A stretch of DNA of 60,432 nt, filler included, from Basidioascus undulatus (Eukaryota), in NCBI GenBank assembly GCA_000826855.1. It is 4 parts of 4 records of this genome, joined end to end, with 100 filler letters (N's around TTAATTAATTAA, not from the genome) between each part and the next. Parts side by side here need not be neighbours in the genome. Positions count along the whole stretch, not along the records: positions 1 to 15,053 come from JTLS01000667.1; positions 15,154 to 30,198 come from JTLS01000668.1; 2 more parts are not named here. The stretch is one strand, 5' to 3'. The notes under the pieces were generated by a model. It saw only the letters and a list, made by a program, of their open reading frames with translations. It was not told the DNA's origin and did no database searches. Position numbers and translations under genes: made by a program. How positions within the stretch are numbered: position 1 is the stretch's first letter; the number at the start of each line of letters is the position of its first letter. This document shows positions 12,731 through 23,721 of this stretch, in pieces.

Positions 12731-13740
12731 TCCGCCCTCACGGCGCGGCCGGCGCTTGCTCCGCACGTGCTCGAATTCGACATCAAGTGGGAGGACCCGG
12801 GCGTGCCTCACTCGGCCTCGGAAGACGAGCTGGATAGGCTTACGGCCCCTCTGAGTGATCTAGAGGCCCAGTTCACAGCGCTTTTCCACCTCAACCCAAA
12901 GCTGCACGTCCTCCAGGCGCGAGTGCCAATTCCCCGCCTATCGCCTCTGCGACGCCCTCGCCGCGCCCGCAGCCTCCCAGCCGCAGGGGCTTCGCATTTG
13001 TGCCATCTCTCAATGTCCTGTACTGATTTGGTCGTTTTTGAGGTAGGCGACATTCTCGCCTGGCTCGCTCTTCCGTCCTTCCGTTCGCTCGCGGTGTGCA
13101 GGCTCGATCTGAATACCTGCACCGAGAGCGACGAGCTCGTTCATTCCACTCGACGTGGCACGTCGAGCGTCACCGACCTCAAATCACTTGCGATGGTCTG
13201 CCGAACTACGATGCGCCCCTGGCACTCCTACGCGTCCTGCGTGCACTCCATCGCCTGACATTGGACGAGTCGCCCACTTGGTCGAGCGATCGTGACTAGG
13301 AGGACAGCATGGATCTTGCAACGCTGCATGCCACTCTTGCCGGCTCCCGAGATGTACTTACCCATCTTGAACTCGAAGGCGTGCCCGTCGTCCTAGGCCG
13401 GCAGATGCGCAAGGACTCAGTGCTGCTCGATCTTTCCATCCCGCTCGATGTTCTCCTCGGAAATTCAGAGGAGAACGAAACATCTAGGGCGGGCGCAGCT
13501 TCGTATTCGTCCACACGTCTCAGACATCCTCCCGCCCGCACTGGAGTCTCTCTCGGGGTATGGGTTCGTGCGCCGTTTGCCGACCTCTTCGACCAGCTTA
13601 TGGAGCTTCTGGAGAACAAGGGCGGCCCTGTGCCCTGGCTTGTGACATTTGCCGTTTATACCGGGAGGAGAGTTCGGAGCTGTGGGAGCTTCGCCAGGCT
13701 TGTCTGGCTGTTGGGGTGCGGCCTTGTGGGCGGTTGAGCT
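12731..13740 (+). pseudogene. 5'-truncated, frameshifted F-box/LRR-like gene remnant
   Basis: Paralog of 1630..2670 (LAWLALPSFRSLAV vs LAYLALPSLRSIAV; LHATLAGSRDVLTHLEL vs LHAALLDSRNTLSYLDL). Lacks the F-box N-terminus and has frameshifts plus a TAG at about 13297. Confidence 0.7.
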
Positions 13741-14199
13741 CGAAGTGATGAGTGTTCTGATGATCCATGGCTCTTTTATGGGGCGTTCACGAGCAAGTAT
13801 AAATAATGGTTGGCTCATTGGAACTGAGCTTTGCGCGAGGGACATTCCGCCGAGGCAACCACAGATAATTTCGGTGCCTCAGATTCATTCTCATCTCTCA
13901 AGTTTTACCTAGAAATGGAAAGGATAATATTATTGGGCAAGAAGGAGAGTTAAAGCAAACGGTAAGCGCTGTAAGGCAGAGAGCCATAGGTTCAGTACCG
14001 AATGACCGCTCGTTGCGGGTGCAGCAAAGCGTCTTCCAGTGGCGTCCTAAAGTTTTCCACCTTTACAGAGGTTGAAAAACTTGAAGTTGCTCACAAATCC
14101 CTGCTGTACGCCTCATGTCTGCGAAACACGCTCATGTGTAGAGCTCGAAGCCCAGGAAGTGCAGCCTGCTTTCACGACCATCCGCCTTCATAGCGTCGC

Positions 14200-14930
14200 C
14201 TTGCAATGATACAGAACCAAGCAAGCTTTCAATGCACATCGATTTATAAATCACTCAAAGTTTTGGAATGTTGTTTCGCAGGAGCCTGATGCGCTTTCAT
14301 CATGATACGGAAGGTGGCCGCAGAGTATGCGGTGTCTGTCGTAAGCGCCAAATGTAGAGAATGGAGTAATATTGTTTCTCTACATCAATTGGAGAAGTCT
14401 ATCTGGGTACCTATGGGTTAGATCATGGTATAATCAAATCAAGCTTTCAGGGGGTTAGGGTGTGTTTTGTTGGCTCTCAGCTTCCTTCTTTCCTTTTGAA
14501 AACATAGCTGGCCTAGGGACCTCTCTAAGCAGGAATGATCACCCTCATTACTGTTGTGTCCTCACTGCTGTCCACAATAGCGTGCTGCACGAGGAGCATG
14601 TCTTCTGGCCCCCACTGGGCAAGGTGCATGAGGCCTGCCTCAAAGCAAGAGGCTGAAAATCGCTCTGTCCCCAGATGGCGTGGTGGTTGGGTGGCCATGG
14701 ACGGTACCACCATCCCTTTGTATGAAAATCTGTACTGGTGGGGGCCATCCGGTTCGACTGGGAGATGTGCTATTGGCTTTCGTTCCCCTGGCACTCTGTC
14801 TCACTAGCCTCAGGACTGTCTACGCCTGCGTGGACTACCTGGCAGAGGTTTGGCATGTTGCAGGTAGGAGCAGGCAGGCAGTTTACCACCTCGCAGCAGC
14901 CCAATGCTTTGCCATGCAACTGATGCTCAG
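14200..14930 (+). mobile_element. Degenerate PIF/Harbinger-type DDE transposase fragment
   Basis: Across frames: VLHEEHVFWP...WRGGWVAMDGTTIPLYE...FD..., then SLRTVYACV. This matches the fungal Harbinger pattern (I.WP...W..GW..VDGT.IPL...FDRK..YS). Many frameshifts; no TIRs found. Confidence 0.7.
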
Positions 14931-15053
14931 AGCTCTCTGTTCGACTCACACTCACATGCTGTAATTTGTGTCATGAACGTCTTAACAAACATTCAATCCT
15001 CGACAACTGTCAAACCTTGCCACCTCATTTTACGCTCTCACCCTTTCCTGACA

Positions 15054-15153
15054 NNNNNNNNNNNNNNNNNNNNNNNNNNNNNNNNNNNNNNNNNNNNTTA
15101 ATTAATTAANNNNNNNNNNNNNNNNNNNNNNNNNNNNNNNNNNNNNNNNNNNN
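15054..15153. other. Artificial contig spacer (N44-TTAATTAATTAA-N44)
   Basis: Identical 100-nt linker with six-frame stops, repeated three times. Confidence 0.98.
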
Positions 15154-15633
15154 GGGGGGAGGGGGGGGGGAGAAGAGGTGGTGTGAGAATTGGGAGAGGG
15201 ATGGAGGGGAGGGGGGGGAGGACGCACGACGTGCTCGTGGTGGATCCACTCGAACGCGGCACGGTTGCGCGCAGCGATGCGGAGGATCTGGGAAAGAGTA
15301 CAGATGCACAATCAGCATTGTCTCGGGATGTGCAAGCAACACTCGTAAGATGAAACGCACCATGAGCTCGCGCACGTCGTCGGGCAGGCTATTCTTGCTG
15401 CGCACAGCGCCCAGGAGCGAGTTCCACCCGTCGGCGATGGCTGTCCCGCCCCACCACCTTTCATCAGTATCTTCGTCTCCGCCCTACCTCTCTCTTTGAA
15501 GCCCACACTCACCCGGGTTGTTGAGCAGCGTCTGGTCGAGCGGGGTGAGCCCGCGAGCGCCGCGGCGCTCGCGGATGCGGTCGGCGACGGGGTTCTCGCC
15601 GGGCGGGGGCGCCTGGTACGGGATGCGGGGCAT
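15154..15633 (-). CDS. Carboxymuconolactone decarboxylase/AhpD-like protein, 3' end lost at contig end
   Basis: MPRIPY..ADRIRERRGARGLTPLDQTLLNNP|AIADGWNSLLGAVR..LPDDVRELM|ILRIAARNRAAFEWIHHEHV. The REL.ILR.A...FEW..H pattern is typical of CMD-family proteins. Confidence 0.85.
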
Positions 15634-15919
15634 TCTGAGTAAGCGCGTCGGTCGAATTGGTGAGGGCGTGCGGGTTCAACGGCGATGGCAGTCGACTCCA
15701 AGGCGAGCGTGGGCACTTGAGCGCAGCGAGCAGCAAGCCCGGGACCGGGATTATCCGCCCCGCATGAACTGGCTACTGTAGGTCTAGTAGTTCCAGGCCG
15801 GACCGGAGACTGCCACCCGCCCCTTTGCCGGCACGCTCTTGGTCTTCCCCATCGCGCCTTCTCTCTCAGTCCATCGTCTTGTGGCTTCATATAGCCAATC
15901 TACAGCAACAGGAGCAATT

Positions 15920-16936
15920 ATGGCCAAGGGTCTGCTTCTTGTCTTCAGCGAGCCGGGCAAGCTTGTGCCGGAGGAGGAGTTCCACGGTGCGTCTTCGTCC
16001 GCATTCCCATGCCTGAGCTTGCTTCGGCTGACTAGGATGTGAACAGACTGGTATGAGGTTCGTCGGACATTGATTGTGGAGAGAGAATAGGAAGTAGGAT
16101 CTGATGGGAGATGCGACAGGGCGAGCACATCCCCCTCCGCCTGCCCATCCCCGAGTTCCTCGATGCCATCCGCTACAAGGCGGTCGACAGCGAGGTGCGC
16201 TCATCTCTCCCCTTGCCCTCACCCCTTCACCTTCATCCCACATCTCACTCTTCTCCCCGCAGACCCCCACCTGGGCCGCCCTCTACGCGATTTCCGACAC
16301 AGACATCTTCTCCAAAGACGCGTACACGCGCTTGCGCGCGAACCGCTCCGAGCGCGAGGGCGCGCTTGTCAAAAAGCTCTCGATCCTCGACCGGCGGTGC
16401 TACGACCTCCTCTCGGACACGGGGGCTGCGCCGGGCAAGGCGACCATGGTGATCGTGACCAACTCGCAGACGCCCGCGCCCGCGAACGTCGAGGCGTTCA
16501 ACAAGTGGTACGAGGAGGAGCACACGCCGCTTCTGAGCAAGGTGCCCGGGTGGGTGCGCACGAGGAGGTACATCCTCACGGACGCGGTAAGGAACGGCGT
16601 CGATGCGGGCGAGTACCAGATCCCGACTCATTTGGCTATCCATGGTGCATTCCTCCTCTTCTTTCCCTTTCCCCTTTCCTTTACCGTTCCCTCTCCCCTT
16701 GCCTTTTCCATTATTCCCCTTCCTCTTCCCCTTTTCCCTTCCAGCTTCCAGAAACTGACACTCTTGAGGGTGTGGCTTTGGCAGAGTGGGAGAGCTCCGC
16801 CGCGTTCGACACGCCCGAGTATAAGGCCGCGCTCAACACCAAGTGGCGCGACGAGGACCAGGCGGGCGGGATCGACGCCAAGGAGCGTCGCGTTTGGGGG
16901 CTCTACAAGACGTTCAAGGAGGACACGTCGGCATAA
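15920..16936 (+). CDS. Tandem EthD-like dimeric alpha/beta-barrel protein, spliced
   Basis: Two repeats of F..WY..EH.P: EEEFH|DWYE|GEHIPLRL and AFNKWYEEEHTPLLSKVPGWVRTRRY. Includes an 11-nt microexon at 16047..16057. Confidence 0.82.
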
Positions 16937-18349
16937 GGTGGGATGGGGTGTGGGATATCGGTGATACATCGAAAGGGTTGAGGACTGGGAGTAGTTGACT
17001 TGAGCTGTGCGGTTGTGGGTTGGGAAGATGGCCCGGCGTTTCGCCGCTGGAAGTTGGCTGACTGGAAATCGTGCTTGCACCTTTTCACACCTACCAATTG
17101 GGAAAACGGTGCACGCGCGTCGAACTCTACTGAGCCTCGGTTCGCTCCAAGCTGGTGTCCCCTCCTACCTCTCCGTAAAGGGACACAGCAGATTTCGGTG
17201 TCGTACTTTCTTTGTGTCTTTGCCTTTCTCATGCTCTGCATGGACTGTGGAACTCTGCAGAAGACCCGTGCCGCCATATGGCCTTCGATGCGTCGCAAAG
17301 GCCCTCGCACTGCTTCAGCAGGCCCGCATCTTGCACCTGGCAAGCCTCCCGTCTACGAATTTTTTGAATCAAGCCCGGAAGGTAATATCATGGTAAAGGT
17401 CAGAGAAGCCGAGTAGCAAGACTGCCCTGGGAAAACATCAAGTGGTATGCCATGCAGTGCGCAAATGGAGGTCGGCTGTCGGGTGGGTTGTGTGCTGCAT
17501 GATGAAGCATTTCGTGTTTGCCAGTTACCCACTCGATAGGGGGACTACTGTGCCGCTCGAAAGCACACTGCGTATAAAGCTGGGATGACTCTTCATGCTC
17601 CAGCACTAGTGCCACTGCATCGTTGAGCGGCCTTGCCCCATGAAACGACGGCCTATTCAACTGCCCGACCTGAGCTTTACGGCAGCAGTGTGGTATGCTA
17701 TTCATTGGGTATGACATCGATTTCCTTCACTCAGTATTTCTTACCAAACACACTGAAAGTTGTAACATACATTACGTCAGTCTTGGTTTCCTCCGCTTCC
17801 GGCCGCCGCCACCGCCAGCACAGTGGACACTCTCCGCCGCCATTCTTCACCTCTGCCTCTCCTTCCGACCCGGAAAGCAGGGGCCCGACACAGTTACCCT
17901 CCGGTCCTCTGATTGATCTACCAGCGCCGTCGACAAGACTAATAGTCAAGCCGATGCGGCGCCCGTCCTCCTCTCCAGTCCATTCCAGCGCACTTCTCCA
18001 AATCCGAGCCTACTATTCTCGACCCAGCCCTCCTGGCGGTCACCACGCCAGCACGCAAGACTGTATGGATCCAGGGGCCTGATGGGCAACCCCCGCCTGC
18101 GTATCTCGCCGCTCCTCTAGTGTCACCATCCCACCAGCTCTCGAGCCTGCAGCTGCCCGCTCTCCCACCGCCGCCGGTCGTGGACGAAGAGTCCGACTAT
18201 AGGGCTGTTTTACGGTCGCCGCCGGCGGAGAAAGCGACAGCCTTTACTAGTCACGATTATGAGGCAACGCAGGGAGCCGTTCCAAAGAAGGCCTGATCTG
18301 TCGCCTCCGACTTGCCAGCTCCTTGCAGGCGATTCAGTCCCCACTCGCA

Positions 18350-19700
18350 ATATTGCATCTCGTTCCGCCTATACCATCATTATTCATCGACGTCGACAGT
18401 AAATACATGACCTGGGAAGGCTGTATATGCCAAGACTCCGTCACTTATCCGCGCTCGCTGCAAGCTGTCGCAAGTCTGGAGCTTCGTGCACCCAAGCTTG
18501 TACTCAACGAGGCACACGCACTTGCAGCAGTCTCGTCTTCAACAACTCGGATCCCTCCCCTCCAACTGCTTGACCTCCGTCCCCTTCTCCCTTTGCTCTT
18601 CACGCCACAATCGGCATCGCCTGTATCTCATGTTCCTTTTCAAAGCTGTTGCCACAGTAGCCCTGCTTTCATGCAACATTGCGGCTAAAACGGTAGATTT
18701 ACCGCCGGGTGGAGGTTTGAGAGTCCTGAACATGACTGTGCCTTTCAGTGCGTCTTCTTTTGTAACCTTTGCGACGCCGAGGCTTGCCGACACTGCGCTG
18801 ACGGGCTGCTGGTCTCCGCAGACACGACGGCGGCAGAGCAGACGGTGGTGGCGCGCTTGGGACTTGGATTGTGGACGGGAGCTGCGCTGACGATTGGCTT
18901 GGGCGTTACTTTGTGATGGATTGCCATATCAAAGTATATTACGATGTTCGGATAGCTTTGGCCGTGTTTGGATGGCGAGGTACTGCAGTGTCAGAGGTCC
19001 AGAAGAGGCATAGACGGTGCAGTCTTTGTTGAAATTACGCAGGTCCTTTAACTTTTCAATTCAAATGCTTGGATTGCCTTGCGAACCCGAATGCAAGTTG
19101 GCTCAAAAGCGTCGAAACTCCATCATACCACATCAATCCAGTAGACACTCCATCCAGCCTACTCAACCTTGGCCGTACTGCTCGGTTTCGCGTGTTTGTC
19201 CGGGACGCCTCTGTTCGAAAGTCTGAAGTGTCGGGAATACAAGAGGAGAACCCCTGCCCACAATTGTTTTCAGAAAGAATTAACAACGTACAACGTCAGA
19301 TTGTCTGGACCAACGCGGCAAGGCGAACGGTACAGAATTGGACTGCTTCGCAGTGTGTCGAGCACCACAGGCAACAGCCTGCGGCACATCCACCCCCGCC
19401 TGTCGCTCGACATGCTTCTTGTGGAGGTCTTAGGCATGATGATTTTAGTAGTTTTGGGCACGTTGGCAGATTGCATTGACCTTGAAGAATTACTGAGCTG
19501 ACCCCGGCTTCCCTTCAAGCTCTCGAGATGGCCATTCCCGACGATGAGCCCAGACCTTCATTATGAAAGCGTCACTAAAGCAACTTCAAATATCTTTGGT
19601 TCCAATGGCGTGCTTTGCGAGCTTGGGTATTTTACATCGGAAATAGGGCGGTTTAGAAAGGCAGCGCCAGCTATGGTAGTTGGGTCTCTTGAACGGCAGA
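18350..19700 (+). pseudogene. Possible highly decayed F-box/LRR-like remnant
   Basis: Scattered fragments only: LRHLSALAASCR, HPSLYS, LADCIDLEEL. Weak. Confidence 0.25.
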
Positions 19701-19964
19701 CCTTAGGCTAGGAACGGACAACGCCCGTAACTGATCCAAAACAAAAGTTAAATCAGGAAATATGAACTCGAGAGCCGCTGAAAGGAGTTTGGAGCGGTGA
19801 AAACAAGAAAACAGAAATAGAACCGCGCGCACGTAGAATCTGAACCGTAAGCTGAGGCCCGCTCTGCGCCGAAGCCGCCGGCCGAGCATCCAGCGAAGAC
19901 CTCGACTTGCCCGTCGTCACCGTTGCCCTCCTCATCCCACCACTCTCTCAGGAAATCTCATAAA

Positions 19965-20677
19965 ATGGCCGCCCCCTGGAGGAGTCTCTTGTGCGTCCAC
20001 ACCCAGCACCCTCCTTTCCTCCCTCCTTCCACCCTTTCCCCCCCTGCACCGGCTGACCCCCCTTCCCCGATCCGCACTTGACGACCTCCCGGACTCGATC
20101 AAACAGCACCTACAACAAGTACGCGACCGTCGCGGCCCGCGCTGTGCGCAACAGCCTCAAGGAGACTGAGCGTGTCGCTGCGGAGAAGCGCGGCGAGGCG
20201 AACGTCCGCTTCCAGAAGTGGGAGGCTGGCAAGGCCGGCGAGGCGGTGAGTTATTAGAGGCAGGATCTTCTTGCTCCCGTCATTACCTCCGCTGCGGCCA
20301 CGGGGAGGCCTCGCTTGGGAGGAGAGGCATATGCGGAGGTGGTGGAATGCAATATGATGGAAGGTGTATGTGGGCGGGATGGGGTTGGAACGGACGGCGG
20401 GAAGCCGAGCTGGGATGGACGAAGAATGGCGGCAGCGCGACGGTCTCATCGATCAATTGGGGCCGCCGTCTCGTCCTCCATTATATGGAAGGGTAATTGC
20501 TCCGAACCCGGACGCATCATTTCGCCGTCATACCCGTGCTCCGACCTAGCTGGTCCCGCCCGCCCGCGCACCATCACTCCTCCCCGCCCGCCCGACCGCT
20601 CACGTAACTGACATGCTCTTCACCTCCCCTCCTCGCCCACGCAGGCCTGGGTCAACCCCCCCGCCGAGTCCAAGTAA
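19965..20677 (+). CDS. ATP15: Mitochondrial F1-ATP synthase epsilon subunit, 3 exons
   Basis: Spliced MAAPWRSLF|TYNKYATVAARAVRNSLKETERVAAEKRGEANVRFQKWEAGKAGEA|AWVNPPAESK*. Confidence 0.93.
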
Positions 20678-22524
20678 ACGCTTCCCCGTTCCGATCCCGG
20701 CATCACTAGAAGACGCGGACTTTTCGGCGGGAAGGAGAGAGGAGGCATGCAAACAATTGGACGCGTTAACCTCCGCGAGTTGCGCTTAACGTAGAGGCTG
20801 CGGCCCGCCGAGAAGGGTACTCTGGCGGGCTGAGCAAAGGGGCGCTGCGTGTGGAGCTCATCGGGCAGCAGATTCGTTCGCGTCGGATTCAGCTTCAATC
20901 GCCTTTCGGACTCGAAGCCGCTCCTCGCAGCGGCGTACGTCGCGCTACTGCAATACCTCGACGTCTCTTTTCCATAACTCATCGTGCACGGTCGTCACAC
21001 GGGGGTCGGCCGCCAAAGTACTCGTGGGCTGCCCGAGTACCCGTGCTTAACCTAGATCGCATCCGTATCTCGCATGGCGACTTGCCTTCGGACCTTCGGG
21101 CTTGGAACTGGACACTAATTGGTCTCACCGTTCGCACATTCAAAAGTACAGAACGATGTGTCATTCACCATTTGCTCATGCTCGACGTGCGACTGGCTCC
21201 GTCAGTCTGTCCGTACAGCACCCCATGCCAAGTAATGGCACTTGCAGCGTTCCCCGGGTATCGCTTTCAGCCTAGTTATAAACCTGAATGGATAACGATC
21301 ATGACTACTGCCCCGTTGCAGTGTGTTCTGCAAAGCTCGGTAGCACGCCAACGCTGGATGCACACGCTTGTCGATGAACGTATCACGAGTCGGAGTCTCA
21401 ATTTCCTGATGGGCCCGGGAAGATGAAAGTGAGTATGTCCTCAGATAGGAATGCATTGTGCGAGAGCAAGTGCAGCTTGTGCGTCTAGGGTAAACTGACT
21501 AAACAAGCGGCCGTATAGAGAGCTCGACGATGGTGCCGGCGAGAAAACATGGAAAAGAAAGGTGTATGCGGCGGAGGCGCTTTCAGGCTGTCAGATTATC
21601 CTTTGGATGATTTTGAGATGATTTTGAAGAGCCAGGGTGCTCGATTACGTTGGCAGTCGCAAGGGCAGCCCAATGAAGGAGGAGCGCCAAAGGCGCGACA
21701 AGCATGCATGCGGAGGGATGGAGATTCGTGGTGTGAGAGAGGTGCAGGAACAAGAGAGCCTTGAAGCGCCAGTTTTATTCATGAGAAACTTAGCTTCACC
21801 GGAGCATGCCGATGGACCAATTCTGCAGTAGCAGCAATGAAATGTGATGCCGTCCAGGCCGCGTTTTTCAACGTACTGCACCTACGCTTGCTTGAAGTAC
21901 GACCCATTAGATAATCACGGCAATAAAGGGTTTGAGTCAAAGTGAGATCTTCAAAGTGCGTCGACCCGGAAAAGATTATAGGTGGACATAACGCGGCTAA
22001 TAACTACCGCTTGCTGAAGTTGAGTTCCGACTCATCCGACTCAGCCTTCTGAAAGGAACTAAATAGGCAGGCATATAAGGAAGTGCTTTTCGAAAGACAT
22101 CTTTCCCAACTCTTTTCACCATGAGTATCGAGGCTGGCGGTTCTCGTCCAAGTTGACGCAAGACTGCGAACTCGTTCCCATGCAACATCTGCGTACCGGC
22201 CACACCTCGCCATGCGGCCGCGCATATCTGTTTCAATATCCCATTCCATATATGTTCATAATGAATAATTAATTATTGGGTGCGTCCACAGGGGCAGGTG
22301 ACCCCTGACCCCTTCTCCGTCGACTTGTCCGTTCGTTCGCGCCGCGGACACGCAGTGTTGCGCAACGTGTTGCCATGAGCCAGGATCGACGGTGGGGACG
22401 ACCTGCTGCCCCAGAAGAACTGACATGGCGAACATGCAAGAAAAATGGATGCCAGGTCTTTATCTTTCGCCCGCCACCACCACCTTGTCAATTTTCGGTA
22501 GCTGAACTGCATGCGCCGACGAAA

Positions 22525-23721
22525 ATGACGAAGGAGAAGGCAAATTCGATCAAGACTGCACGCAGGCTTTCGCTGCCCCTCCCTACTCTGCCAAACCGCA
22601 TATCCCTGCCGCCCCTCCTTCCCTCCCTCTCCCTCCCCGTAAATCTTCCCCAGAGACGGAACCCAGCGGCAGTGGCAGCTTACAGCGGCGCGCACCCGCT
22701 CCCTCTCATCCTCCTCCTCACGCCGCCGACGTCCAGCGCAGTGCACACCCAGCTCACCCAGCGGCTGACGACCCTCCTCTCCTCCGAGTACACGTTCACC
22801 CTCCTCCCACTCATGACGGCGCTCCTGTACCGCGAGCGCATCGCCTCCCTCGACCCGACACTCATCCTCCTCCTCTTCCCGCCGTACCCGCTGCCCCCCT
22901 CCATCACATCCACATACCCCACCCTCACCCTCACCCTCTTCTCGCACTCCCCCTCCCCCATCCCGCCGTATACCCAGCTCCTCATGCTCCACGCGTCCGG
23001 GCGCACGGAGTGGGCCCTCACCCTCCGCCGCGCGTCCCCAGACGCGCTGTATGCGTGCGCGCCGCTGCGCTTCCCGCTGTTCGCGAGCGAGGACTCGCGC
23101 GCGGTCCGGGACGTCCTCCTCCATGCTGGGTTTGACTGCGTGAAGGACGGGCTGAGGTGGGCTAGAGGCGCACGGGATGAACAGGACGAGCGGGTGTGGG
23201 AGATGGGCCTCGAGGGACGGGAGGAGGGGCGCGGGCGGCGCAGGAGCTGGGGACGGAGGGAGATCGAGGATGCGAAACGAGCGCTGGAGGACTTCAAGCT
23301 CGATTCTTCTACCCGACAGGGGAAGGATCAAGCGGGCGTGCTGGTGAGGCTGGGCTCGATCAAGGGCCGGAGGGGACGTTCCGCTTCGACGTCCACCGCT
23401 GCGCCTTCGCTCACCGCCAGCAGCACGCACAGCACCCTCTCCGGCTCGACCACCCTCGTCAGCCCGCCCCCATCTCCGCTCTCCATCACAGTTCCCATCC
23501 CCCGCTGCGACTCCCCCGAGCCTCTCACGCCCGCGTCGGAGTGCCCCCCCTCTCGCACCCTCGAGCACAAGGAGTCCGACAAGGCTTTCAAGCCTGTCTT
23601 CACCTCCTGCACCGTCCAGCCGCCCCCTTCCCCGGCTCCACCGCCGCAGCCGGGACGACAGACCACGGTGGTGGGTCGGATTGCTGGGGCGCTGGGGAGG
23701 AGCATTATGTGGAGGAGGTAG
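22525..23721 (+). CDS. Hypothetical protein, intronless, about 398 aa
   Basis: Long ORF with host-like GC3 bias, a globular-looking middle and an S/P-rich tail. Start could instead be 22375. Confidence 0.65.
   Translation: MTKEKANSIKTARRLSLPLPTLPNRISLPPLLPSLSLPVNLPQRRNPAAVAAYSGAHPLPLILLLTPPTSSAVHTQLTQRLTTLLSSEYTFTLLPLMTALLYRERIASLDPTLILLLFPPYPLPPSITSTYPTLTLTLFSHSPSPIPPYTQLLMLHASGRTEWALTLRRASPDALYACAPLRFPLFASEDSRAVRDVLLHAGFDCVKDGLRWARGARDEQDERVWEMGLEGREEGRGRRRSWGRREIEDAKRALEDFKLDSSTRQGKDQAGVLVRLGSIKGRRGRSASTSTAAPSLTASSTHSTLSGSTTLVSPPPSPLSITVPIPRCDSPEPLTPASECPPSRTLEHKESDKAFKPVFTSCTVQPPPSPAPPPQPGRQTTVVGRIAGALGRSIMWRR

Noticed and set aside
14451..14460. GGGGTTAGGG telomere-like motif
   Set aside because: Single unit, expected by chance.
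15098..15109. TTAATTAATTAA palindrome, three copies
   Set aside because: Centred in N-runs; a synthetic six-frame stop linker, not a target site or regulatory motif.
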